From Candidatus Pacearchaeota archaeon (lineage in GTDB: Archaea; Nanobdellota; Nanobdellia; Pacearchaeales; UBA284), in the NCBI GenBank assembly GCA_038886195.1, contig JAVZYK010000001.1, forward strand, positions 163,456 through 227,455: a stretch of 64,000 bases of DNA, read 5' to 3'. The position numbers were made by a program, and so were the translations under genes. Below, piece by piece: positions 48,781-58,709 of this stretch. Below the pieces are notes generated by a model. The model worked only from the letters and a program-made list of their open reading frames with translations, was not told the origin of the DNA and made no database searches. How positions within the stretch are numbered: the first letter of the stretch is position 1; every line of letters begins with the position of its first letter.

Positions 48781-50019
48781 ATGGTTAATATTGAAATTAC
48801 AAAACAAGTCACAAAGCAACCTGTTTTGAATATAGGCATAGTTGGCCATATAGATCACGGCAAAACTACGCTACTTTATCAACTTACAGGAGTTTGGGCA
48901 GATAAGCACAGCGAGGAACTGAAAAGAGGAATTACAATTAAATTAGGTTATGCTGACGTAATTATTAGAAAATGTGAGAAATGTGAAAAATTTACAATAA
49001 AAAAAGAATGCGAGTGTGGCGGCAAAACGAAAGAAATTAGATATGTAAGTTTCATCGACGCTCCGGGACATGAAATGCTAATGGCAACTATGTTGGGAGG
49101 AGCCGCAATAATTGATGCCGCATTACTTGTTATTGCTGCCAACGAGCCATTTCCACAGCCCCAGACAAAAGAACATTTGCTTGCTCTGGAAGCCAAAGGA
49201 ATTAAACAAATTATTATTGTTCAAAACAAACTAGATTTAGTAACAAAAGAGCAAGCCTTGAAACAATATGAAGAAATAAAGAAATTTATTAAAGGCACTA
49301 TTGCAGAGAATGCTGTTATTGTGCCAGTATGTGCTCAGCAAGGAATTAATATTGATGCTTTACTTGAGGCAATAACTGAATTGGAAATTCCTGCAAGAGA
49401 CATTGAATCAAAACCTTTATTTTTAATTGCTCGTTCATTTGATGTTAATTTGCCTGGAACGAATGTTGAAAAACTTGTTGGAGGAATTCTTGGTGGAGTT
49501 CTTAAAAAAGGAAAACTTAAAGTCGGAGATATTATTGAAATAAAGCCTGGACAGGCAATAAAAAAACATGATAAAACAGAATATAAAACAATAGTAACAA
49601 AAATTTTAGGATTAAGAACCGGACAATTTTCTTTAGAAGAAGCTTTTCCTTCCGGTTCTTTAGCGATTCAAACTTCCCTTGATCCTTTTTTAACAAAATC
49701 AGATGCTTTGGCTGGATGTGTTGCTGGATTAAAAGAAACTTTACCTGAAATTACATATAATGTTAAATTGAAAACTCATATATTTAAAGAGATTGTTGGA
49801 GCTAAGGAAGAAATAAAAATAGAACCATTAAAAGCAGGAGAGTATCTTATGTTAAGTGCTAATACAACAATAACTTTAGGAATCGTAACAAAAATTAAAG
49901 ACGATGAAATTGAGTTGAATTTGAAAATTCCAATAGTTCCTTTCAAAGGCGATAGAGTTGGTATTGCAAGAAACTATCAAGGACATTGGCGCCTTATAGG
50001 TTGGGGTGAATTATTGTAA
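48781..50019 (+). CDS. eif2g: Translation initiation factor aIF2 gamma subunit
   Basis: IGIVGHIDHGKTTLLYQLTG...KRGITIKLGYA, a zinc-ribbon insert CEKCEKF...CECGG, DAPGHE, NKLD. 412 aa. Confidence 0.9.
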   Translation: MVNIEITKQVTKQPVLNIGIVGHIDHGKTTLLYQLTGVWADKHSEELKRGITIKLGYADVIIRKCEKCEKFTIKKECECGGKTKEIRYVSFIDAPGHEMLMATMLGGAAIIDAALLVIAANEPFPQPQTKEHLLALEAKGIKQIIIVQNKLDLVTKEQALKQYEEIKKFIKGTIAENAVIVPVCAQQGINIDALLEAITELEIPARDIESKPLFLIARSFDVNLPGTNVEKLVGGILGGVLKKGKLKVGDIIEIKPGQAIKKHDKTEYKTIVTKILGLRTGQFSLEEAFPSGSLAIQTSLDPFLTKSDALAGCVAGLKETLPEITYNVKLKTHIFKEIVGAKEEIKIEPLKAGEYLMLSANTTITLGIVTKIKDDEIELNLKIPIVPFKGDRVGIARNYQGHWRLIGWGELL

Positions 50020-50088
50020 AAAGGCTATAAAACAAAATATATTTTCTTAAGAATAAATTATTTTAAAGTCAGTTAATTTTTAATACAA

Positions 50089-50478
50089 ATGTCAAGATAT
50101 GGGTGCGGAATTTGTGGCAAAATAGCAACACATATTGCAATAATTTACTATCCTTTTATAAAAGACATGTATGTGTCAACTGACTATTTGATTTGCTCTG
50201 ACAAAAATTGTCAACAAGCAATTAGCAGAGAACTTACTGAAGGCTCAAGAGACAAAAATGTTCAGATTTATCCTTTGAATTTTGATTCCTTAAAACTAAT
50301 TCCAGATCAATATCGAGAAGAAAGAGAAAAATTAAAGAAGATTATTTTACAGAGTAATTTGGCTCGCGGGATAGAGAAAAAAGCATTAGAAAACTTGAAA
50401 CAAACAAAACAAGACAAACCCACTGACTTAAAGCTAATCCAAGGAAATTTATTTCATATTCTCGAAGAAAATCATTAA
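50089..50478 (+). CDS. Hypothetical Cys-containing protein
   Basis: 129-aa ORF with CGIC...C..C. Its 3' end overlaps the convergent lgt-like gene by 137 nt, so the ORF may be shorter or spurious. Confidence 0.25.
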   Translation: MSRYGCGICGKIATHIAIIYYPFIKDMYVSTDYLICSDKNCQQAISRELTEGSRDKNVQIYPLNFDSLKLIPDQYREEREKLKKIILQSNLARGIEKKALENLKQTKQDKPTDLKLIQGNLFHILEENH

Positions 50479-51136
50479 AAAAACGAAAGAAAGAATAAAA
50501 CAGAAGGAAAAATAAAAACATCGAACTTCTTTTTTCTAGAAGTTTTTTGAATCTCGTTTCGTAGCCTTGTTCTTTTATCTGTTTAAATCTTAAAAGAATA
50601 AAAAATAATAATAGAGCGTAAAAAGATTCATAGAGTTGAGTTGGATGTCTTGCAATGTCGTTTGGAGTCTGGATTGCCCAAGGCAAAGAGCTTTGAATGC
50701 CATAATCATCCCAATTCAAAAAACAACCTACTCTTGTTATTGCAATCGCGAGCAATAGATAAGGAGCGACAATGTCAAGAATTTGGCTAAAAGTTATGTC
50801 TTTCTGTTTTCTTGTGTAGAGCCATACAAATAACAAACTAAGAAAAGCGCCATAACTTGTTATGCCTCCTCGCCATGTCATGAAAATTTCTAAAGGTTTT
50901 TGCCAGAAATATGAAAAATGTTCAAAAACATAAAATAGACGAGGGCCTACAGTTGCGCCAATCAAAATTAATAAAGCCAAATTGCAAATGTGCTTATCTT
51001 GAATTTTTTGTTTTTTGGCTTCGCGCCAAGTTAGTAATAGAGCAGTAATAAACCCAACAACAAATATAAAACCCCATGTAAAAACTTTAAAGTTTCCTAT
51101 TTGAAATAAAACATGTAAAGGTTCGAATTGAATCAT
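50342..51136 (-). CDS. lgt: Prolipoprotein diacylglyceryl transferase (Lgt) homologue
   Basis: 7 TM helices. GPRLFYVFEH, WRGGITSYGAFLS (Lgt WxGGLxxHGG-like) and RVGCFLNWDDYG (Lgt RIGNFxNxE-like). 264 aa, a typical Lgt length. Confidence 0.65.
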   Translation of the reverse strand: MIQFEPLHVLFQIGNFKVFTWGFIFVVGFITALLLTWREAKKQKIQDKHICNLALLILIGATVGPRLFYVFEHFSYFWQKPLEIFMTWRGGITSYGAFLSLLFVWLYTRKQKDITFSQILDIVAPYLLLAIAITRVGCFLNWDDYGIQSSLPWAIQTPNDIARHPTQLYESFYALLLFFILLRFKQIKEQGYETRFKKLLEKRSSMFLFFLLFYSFFRFFNDFLREYEINFLGLALSQWVCLVLFVSSFLMLFSLSREPNYSVK

Positions 51137-51195
51137 AAATTATAAAATTGGAAGCCATATAAAAATTTATCTTATTTATTTTTGCTTTTTCTTTT

Positions 51196-51459
51196 TCATT
51201 CTTTTAACCATATTCTTTGGAGTTTTTCTCTTTCATCTCTTAACTGTTCATATCTTAGAATATAGCTTTCCAAAAATCCATAATCATATTCTCTCTTCAA
51301 CTCCTCTATTCTTTTCAAAAAAGCTATTTCTGGCCCATAATCATAAACGCAAGTTAAGTTAAGGTTTTTCTCTATCAAGGTCAACAGGGAACTCAATTCA
51401 CTTTTAATATGTGCTGGTAGCATATTTTCTAAAGATTGTTCTGAATGTTGTTCATCCAT
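51196..51459 (-). CDS. Hypothetical protein
   Basis: 87-aa ORF. Confidence 0.3.
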   Translation of the reverse strand: MDEQHSEQSLENMLPAHIKSELSSLLTLIEKNLNLTCVYDYGPEIAFLKRIEELKREYDYGFLESYILRYEQLRDEREKLQRIWLKE

Positions 51460-51570
51460 TTTAATTAATTTTATATTTGGTATTTTTTATTTTTTTCATT
51501 TGCAATATTATACCACTAATTAATAGTAACAAATAGAAAGATTTAAATATGCGCTTTTCTTGTATATTTC

Positions 51571-51927
51571 ATGAAAAACATATTCAATATAAAAAATTTT
51601 AGAAAAATTTTGGAAGAAATTATAGATGACTACACAATATTATATAAAAAAGGACCTTTCATATTGAAAGAAAAAAAACTTAAAACAAAAAATCACAAAT
51701 ATCGTACAGATAAAGGTTACATTGACGAAGAAAAGGGAATTATAGTGATTAATTATCTGCTTTCTAAAGAAGAAAGAGCAATAACCTTAAATCATGAGCT
51801 AATTCATGGTAAATTCCCAAATTTAAGTGAAGATAAAGTAGAAAACTTGGCATTAAAATTATTTAATAAATATGGTATAGGTTATGATTTTTATAAACCA
51901 AGAATAAATCAAAAAAAGAAAAGATGA
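51571..51927 (+). CDS. Small HExxH-motif protein (SprT/WLM-like minimal metallopeptidase?)
   Basis: ITLNHELIHGKFP in a 118-aa basic protein. Weak. Confidence 0.3.
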   Translation: MKNIFNIKNFRKILEEIIDDYTILYKKGPFILKEKKLKTKNHKYRTDKGYIDEEKGIIVINYLLSKEERAITLNHELIHGKFPNLSEDKVENLALKLFNKYGIGYDFYKPRINQKKKR

Positions 51928-53195
51928 AAATGACAAAAGAAAGAAAAGATAAAAAAATATTGAAGAGTGTTTATAAAAACATTAGACAGTTGCAAATTGA
52001 AAATAATCAAAGTTATTGTAATAATTTTTTTGAATTTACAAATAATTTATATCCTTGGGCCAAAAAGTTAGAAGATATCAATCAAAACCCAAGTCCTTTG
52101 CTTGCTTTTTGTATCGGAATTGATACGAGAGAATCTAACTATCTTAAACAAATTGGAATTGAAAACAATAAACAAATTTTGGATATAGTTTTAGTTAATG
52201 AATTTTTAAATTATATTCTAAAAAATACCAATCTTGATGAAGAGGAATATAAGTATCAAAATCTTGATGAATGTTTGAATTATTTTTTAAATCAAAAAAA
52301 TCCATTAAAAAAAGAAAAACGTAAAGGATCTTTTTTAAAAAAGATTTTTAAAAAAAATGAAAAAGATACGAATGAAGAAACTTTAGGAAAAGCCTTAGAA
52401 GAAAAATTTGAATTAAACAAAGAAAAATTATGTGACTACATAAATAACTTTACAAATAATCTTTACACTTCTTTTATTGAAATTCTAAAAAAAATGAATG
52501 GAAAACTTAATGAATTAAATCTTTTAGAAAATTATAAAGAAAGTAAGGAAAAAATAGATAATCTTAAAAAAATTGGAATTGAAAAGAAAATATATATTAA
52601 AGAAAAAAATGAAGAAAAACTTTTGAGCGACAAAGAAATTAAAGATATTGCTATAAATTATGCTTTAAAAGAAATAGATTTTATTAAAGACAACATTTCT
52701 TTAGTGAATAATTATGAATTCTATAAATTCTTTTTTCAAGACGCTGTTCAAGATCATTATTCTTTTTTAAAAGAATTCTTACTAAGCAATATTGAAAATG
52801 ATAATGAAATTGAAATGATTAATAAATTGGATGAAATCGTTGAAAAAAAGAAAGAAATTTTTTCTGAAAATTTATCGGAATTACAAGATGAACTTCTTGA
52901 AAGCGCTCAGGAGAAGGCGCAGAGTGGAAATTTAAAATACAAGGAAGATTTATTTAATTTTATAAATCTTTCAATAAACTATAGTCAAATTTTAGAAGAG
53001 GATAAAGAAGAAATAAAAATATTATATAATATTTATAATCCAGATTTACATGTCAAGATGAATGAAAAAAATAAAGAAGAGACATTGCCTCTTTATAAAT
53101 TCTATAAAAATTTATCAGAAACAAGTTTAATTAAGAATATCCTTAATATAGAATTAAGTTATATAAAAGCGAAGAATCATGCGAAAAATTTATAA
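51924..53195 (+). CDS. Hypothetical N/K/E-rich protein
   Basis: 423-aa low-complexity ORF. Its start overlaps the upstream stop, so the two look like an operon. Confidence 0.35.
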   Translation: MKMTKERKDKKILKSVYKNIRQLQIENNQSYCNNFFEFTNNLYPWAKKLEDINQNPSPLLAFCIGIDTRESNYLKQIGIENNKQILDIVLVNEFLNYILKNTNLDEEEYKYQNLDECLNYFLNQKNPLKKEKRKGSFLKKIFKKNEKDTNEETLGKALEEKFELNKEKLCDYINNFTNNLYTSFIEILKKMNGKLNELNLLENYKESKEKIDNLKKIGIEKKIYIKEKNEEKLLSDKEIKDIAINYALKEIDFIKDNISLVNNYEFYKFFFQDAVQDHYSFLKEFLLSNIENDNEIEMINKLDEIVEKKKEIFSENLSELQDELLESAQEKAQSGNLKYKEDLFNFINLSINYSQILEEDKEEIKILYNIYNPDLHVKMNEKNKEETLPLYKFYKNLSETSLIKNILNIELSYIKAKNHAKNL

Positions 53196-53342
53196 ATTCT
53201 AAAAGCACGAAAATTATACTTAAAATGTCACGGATGAGTGCCTTAATAACATGTTCATACATTAAGGTATGATGTTGTAAGGGCAATCATTCAGTGAACT
53301 TATGATTCTAGCCATTTCCTTTGTTTCTTGCGACTATCTCTA

Positions 53343-54803
<1,461 letters not shown>

Positions 54804-54885
54804 ATAAATTTTTTTATGGCTGAAGAAGTCCTGAATGTTTTGCCCTTACAATAATTTTAAAAATACTACGGCTCTTAAAAAATAA

Positions 54886-54958
54886 GGGCCTGTAGTTCAG
54901 CGGTAGAATGCCTCCCTTGCACGGAGGAGGTCCCGGGTTCGATTCCCGGCGGGTCCAT
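54886..54958 (+). tRNA. tRNA-Ala(TGC) in the 16S-23S spacer
   Basis: GGGCCTG-TA-GTTCAGCGGTAGAAT-G-CCTCC-CTTGCAC-GGAGG-AGGTC-CCGGGTTCGATTCCCGG-CGGGTCC-A. A G3:U70 alanine identity pair is present. Confidence 0.9.
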
Positions 54959-55044
54959 AATATTCAAAAAACGTTATATTTTAATAAAAATGAAGTAGGT
55001 AAAAGCAATTTTACCTACGGAGTTTGATGCTTAATTTTTAAGCA

Positions 55045-57960
55045 AATGAGACGTTGTATGAGGAATAGTTTAGCTTCCCTAAAAGCTGCTAGACGGATGA
55101 CTTGGCTTAGACTGCGATGAAGGACGTGGCAAGCTGCGATAAGTCCGAGGGAGCTGCACGCAAGCCTTGATCTCGGAATCTCCGAATGCGAAACGTTATT
55201 CCTGAAGAAGGAATATCTCTCTTTTGAGAGAGCTGACGCCGGGAATTGAAACATCTTAGTACCGGCAGGAAAAGAAAACAAAAGTGATTCCCTGAGTAGC
55301 AGCGAGCGAAAAGGGAATAAGGCAAACCGAATTTTCTATCGAAAGATAGAAAAGATGTGGAGTCGGGCAGGAGTACAGCTAAACTGTCGAAGTCGAAGTT
55401 TCCTGGAAAGGAACGCCATAGAGAGTGATAGCCTCGTAGACTAAGACAGCATGCTGATTTCCTGCTTTCAAGAGTAGCGTATCCCGGTTAGGATGCGTGA
55501 AGATGGCTCTACTAAGAGCTAACTTTAAATATGAGTCTAAGTCCGATAGCGCACTAGTACCGCGAGGGAATGTTGAAAAGCACCTCTAGCGAGGAGTGAA
55601 AAGACCTGAAATCTAGCAGCTATAGTTAGTTACGGCTCTCTACGGAGAGTTGTAACGTACGTTTTGGAAAACGGGCCAGGGAGTTAAGGTAAGTGGCGAG
55701 GTTAAGTTGCTTCTGCAACGTAGCCGTAGCGAAAGCGAAGCCGCGCATCGAAAGAGAGGCGGCGTGTTCTAACAAGCATTAGTCACTTGCCTTAGACCTG
55801 AAACCAAGCGATCTACTCGTGAGCAGGATGAAGCTTCCCTAACGGGGAGTGGAGGTCCGAACAAGTGCTACGGGCAAGTGCTTTGATGACTCACGAGTAG
55901 GGGTGAAAAGCCTATCTAGCTTGGCGATGGCTGGTTCCTGCTGAAATATACTTTCGTATAGTCTCTTGTTAGTTGGCCAACGCGGTAGAGTACGGATTGG
56001 GCATGCAGGCATCTTTTGATGTCGGTGTCCTTTTCAACTCCGAACGTGTTGGCAACGCAACAAGGGAAACAGGTGTGCGGGGTAAGCTTGTACACCGAGA
56101 CCGGAACAACGGAGACTAAAGTTAAGGTCCCAAAATGCTGACTAAGTGCATCGAAAGGAGTCCTGATTCTGAGACAGTGGGGAGGTAGGCTTAGAGGCAG
56201 CCATCCTTTAAAGAAAGCGTAACAGCTCACCCATCGAGAATCAGGGCACTGAAAATTGACGGGGCTAAGTCAGCTACCGAGACTTTAGTGTTTTTCCTTC
56301 GGGAAAAACAGGTAAGCAGGCGTGCTGTTCGGGTAGAAGCTTCTTCGTAAGAAGGAGTGGACCGAATAGCAATGAGAATCCTGGCGTTAGTAGGATCTTA
56401 CTTGTGTGAGAACCACAAGGGTCGTAAGAGCTAGGGTTCCTCGACAATGTCGATCAGTCGAGGGTTAGCCGATCCTAACTGCTACCTTAACTGAGTAGCG
56501 GGAAAGGGAAGCCTGTTAATATTCAGGCGCTGCTTGGCAATGTTGAAATTCTCGGTGACGTTTTGGGATAGGCAGAGTGTCTCCGAAAGGACATCTATCG
56601 CGAGAAAGTTGTGGATCGTAATGAAGAGAAGCAACTGAATCGCGATAGCGAAAGTCTGTTGATTCCTAGAACCCGTGAAAAGCCGAGAATGGAGTTGTCA
56701 AGCAATCGTACCTAGAACTTGCACTTGTGCTCTTGCTGAGAAGGTAAAGACCTGCAAGCTTAAAGCTAGTAAGGGAACTCGGCAAATTGGCCTCGTATCT
56801 TCGGTAGAAGAGGTGCCTATGTTTGTGCCTTTGATTCGTAAGAATTGGAGGTGCAAGCGTAGGTTGCAATAACAAGGACCGCCCGACTGTTTATCAAAAA
56901 CGTAGCCAAGTGCTAAGCCGAAAGGCTTCGTACACTTGGTGAGACCTGCCCAGTCGCGGTGTTTGAAAGCCCTTTCCAAGGGGCCTAAGACCCGTGAAAC
57001 GGCGGGCCTAACTGTGAGGCTCTTAAGGTAGCGTAATACCTTGTCGTCTGAATGGCGACTTGCATGAATGGTTTAACGAGGTGGTCACTGTCCCTACTAG
57101 CGAGCTTCTGAACTCACCCTCCTGGTGCAAAGGCCAGGGACATCTAGTGGGAAGCGAAGACCTTGTAGACCTTTACTGCAACTTGTCGTTGAATCTTGTA
57201 GTAAAATACATAGCGTAGCTAGGAGAGATGAAGCGAGGCTTCGGCGTAGCGGATCGCCAATGTAACACTAGCTATTTTTTTACAAGATTCTAACTCGAAA
57301 GAGGACAGCGGCAGGCGGGCAGTTTGGCTGGGGCGGCACCCTCCCGAAAAGATATCGGGAGGGCCCAAAGGTGAGCTCAACATAGTTGGAAACTATGTGT
57401 AGAGCGCAGGGGCAAAAGCTCGCCTGACTGTGGCTCGCATAGAGAGAGCTGCAGATACGAAAGTAGGGCCCAGCGAACTCTTGAGGCCTTTTAGTGGGGC
57501 CCAAGAATGACAGAAAAGGTACCTCAAGGATAACAGGCTCGTCGCGCCCGATAGTCCACATTGACGGCGCGGTTTGGTACATCGCCGTCGGCTCTTCCTA
57601 TCCTGGCTGTGCATAAGCAGCCAAGGGTGCCGGGGTTCACGCATTAAAAGGGATCGTTAGCTGGGTTAAGAACGTCGCGAGACAGTTTGTTTGATATCTA
57701 CTAGATGTGTTGTTGCCTGAATGGAACGAAGCTCTAGTACGAGAGGAACGAGCTTCGGGAGCCTCTGGTTTAGCGGTTGTCCTTACAGGGCAGGCCGCGC
57801 AGCTACGCTCTGTGCTGATAAGAGCTGAACGCATCTAAGCTCGAAGCAGCCCGTAAAAATAGGCAACTAAGGCCGTTCTAGAAGAGAACGTTGATAGAGT
57901 TGGGGTGTACGCAAGAAGCTTCGGCGACTTGCTCAGCCCGCAACTACTAAAAGCCTCAAA
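55045..57960 (+). rRNA. rrl: 23S ribosomal RNA (ends approximate, ±20 nt)
   Basis: The 5' region, ...GGATGACTTGGCTTAGACTGCGATGAAGGACGTGGCAAGCTGCGATAAGTC, matches the conserved 23S start. GTP-ase centre and sarcin-ricin-like blocks are seen (AGTACGAGAGGAAC at about 57735). No 5S follows. Confidence 0.85.
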
Positions 57961-58016
57961 AAACTAAACTATTCCTTGTACAACGTCGATATTAAAAAGA
58001 AACAATGAAAAAGAAT

Positions 58017-58349
58017 CTAGATAAATCTTCTGGCCTTTTTTATCGTTCCGCTGATACCGACACATTTCAAATCAGTAAAAATAAAAGAAGCTTTTACTTT
58101 ATCAACCCATTTTGTCGTTACGCTTACAATCGCGTAGTTGTTTTTAACCTCTATATATAAAGGTCCAGCTTTTGCATAACCATAAATTCCTATAAAATCA
58201 AAAATCGCTCCATCAATTTTTTCCTTAAGCTCTTTTTCATTAGTTTCATAAATGGGCTTTATTACCAAATAATGTCTTTTTTCTCTAAGTGTTGGCAAAA
58301 GCTTTAATTTTTTTTCTTTTAATTTCTTTGTTTTTTCTTTTTCATTCAT
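58017..58349 (-). CDS. Possible RNase P protein subunit Rnp2 (Pop5 family)
   Basis: 110 aa. REKRHYLVIKPIYE...GAIFDFIGIYGYAKAG..YIEVKNNYAIVSV resembles the Pop5 R-K-R-Y-[LI] start and beta-alpha layout. Uncertain. Confidence 0.4.
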   Translation of the reverse strand: MNEKEKTKKLKEKKLKLLPTLREKRHYLVIKPIYETNEKELKEKIDGAIFDFIGIYGYAKAGPLYIEVKNNYAIVSVTTKWVDKVKASFIFTDLKCVGISGTIKKARRFI

Positions 58350-58355
58350 TTTAGA

Positions 58356-58661
58356 TTAACTCGCCACGCACTTGCCATTCACACAAGAACAATTCTTAAT
58401 TTTACAATTATAAACTGCGGTACAAACAAGCTCATTCATACTAGGACACTTTTTTAATTTATCTTCGTAAATTTGAGCCATCGCCCTTGGCATGCAAGCT
58501 TCTTTGCCGCCCATATTACAAGGACAGCAAGTAGTTTGAATTTTAACGCAATCACCATCGCTATAACATTCTTGTGGCTTACAACCTTCTTGGCCATTAA
58601 TAAATATTACAGAAATTGTCGCTATAAAAATAAAAATGAAAAAAAAATTTTCCTTTTTCAT
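58356..58661 (-). CDS. Small secreted cysteine-rich protein
   Basis: Signal peptide FFFIFIFIATISVIFING, then about 80 aa carrying 14 Cys. Confidence 0.5.
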   Translation of the reverse strand: MKKENFFFIFIFIATISVIFINGQEGCKPQECYSDGDCVKIQTTCCPCNMGGKEACMPRAMAQIYEDKLKKCPSMNELVCTAVYNCKIKNCSCVNGKCVAS

Positions 58662-58709
58662 ATAATAATTAAAAAAAACAATATTAAAAAATGTTTCTAA
58701 AGTTAAAAC

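Noticed and set aside
50342-50478. 137-nt convergent overlap between the lgt-like gene and ORF 50089..50478
   Set aside because: Both cannot be reliably full length. The lgt-like frame is kept on motif evidence, and the plus-strand ORF is kept only at low confidence.
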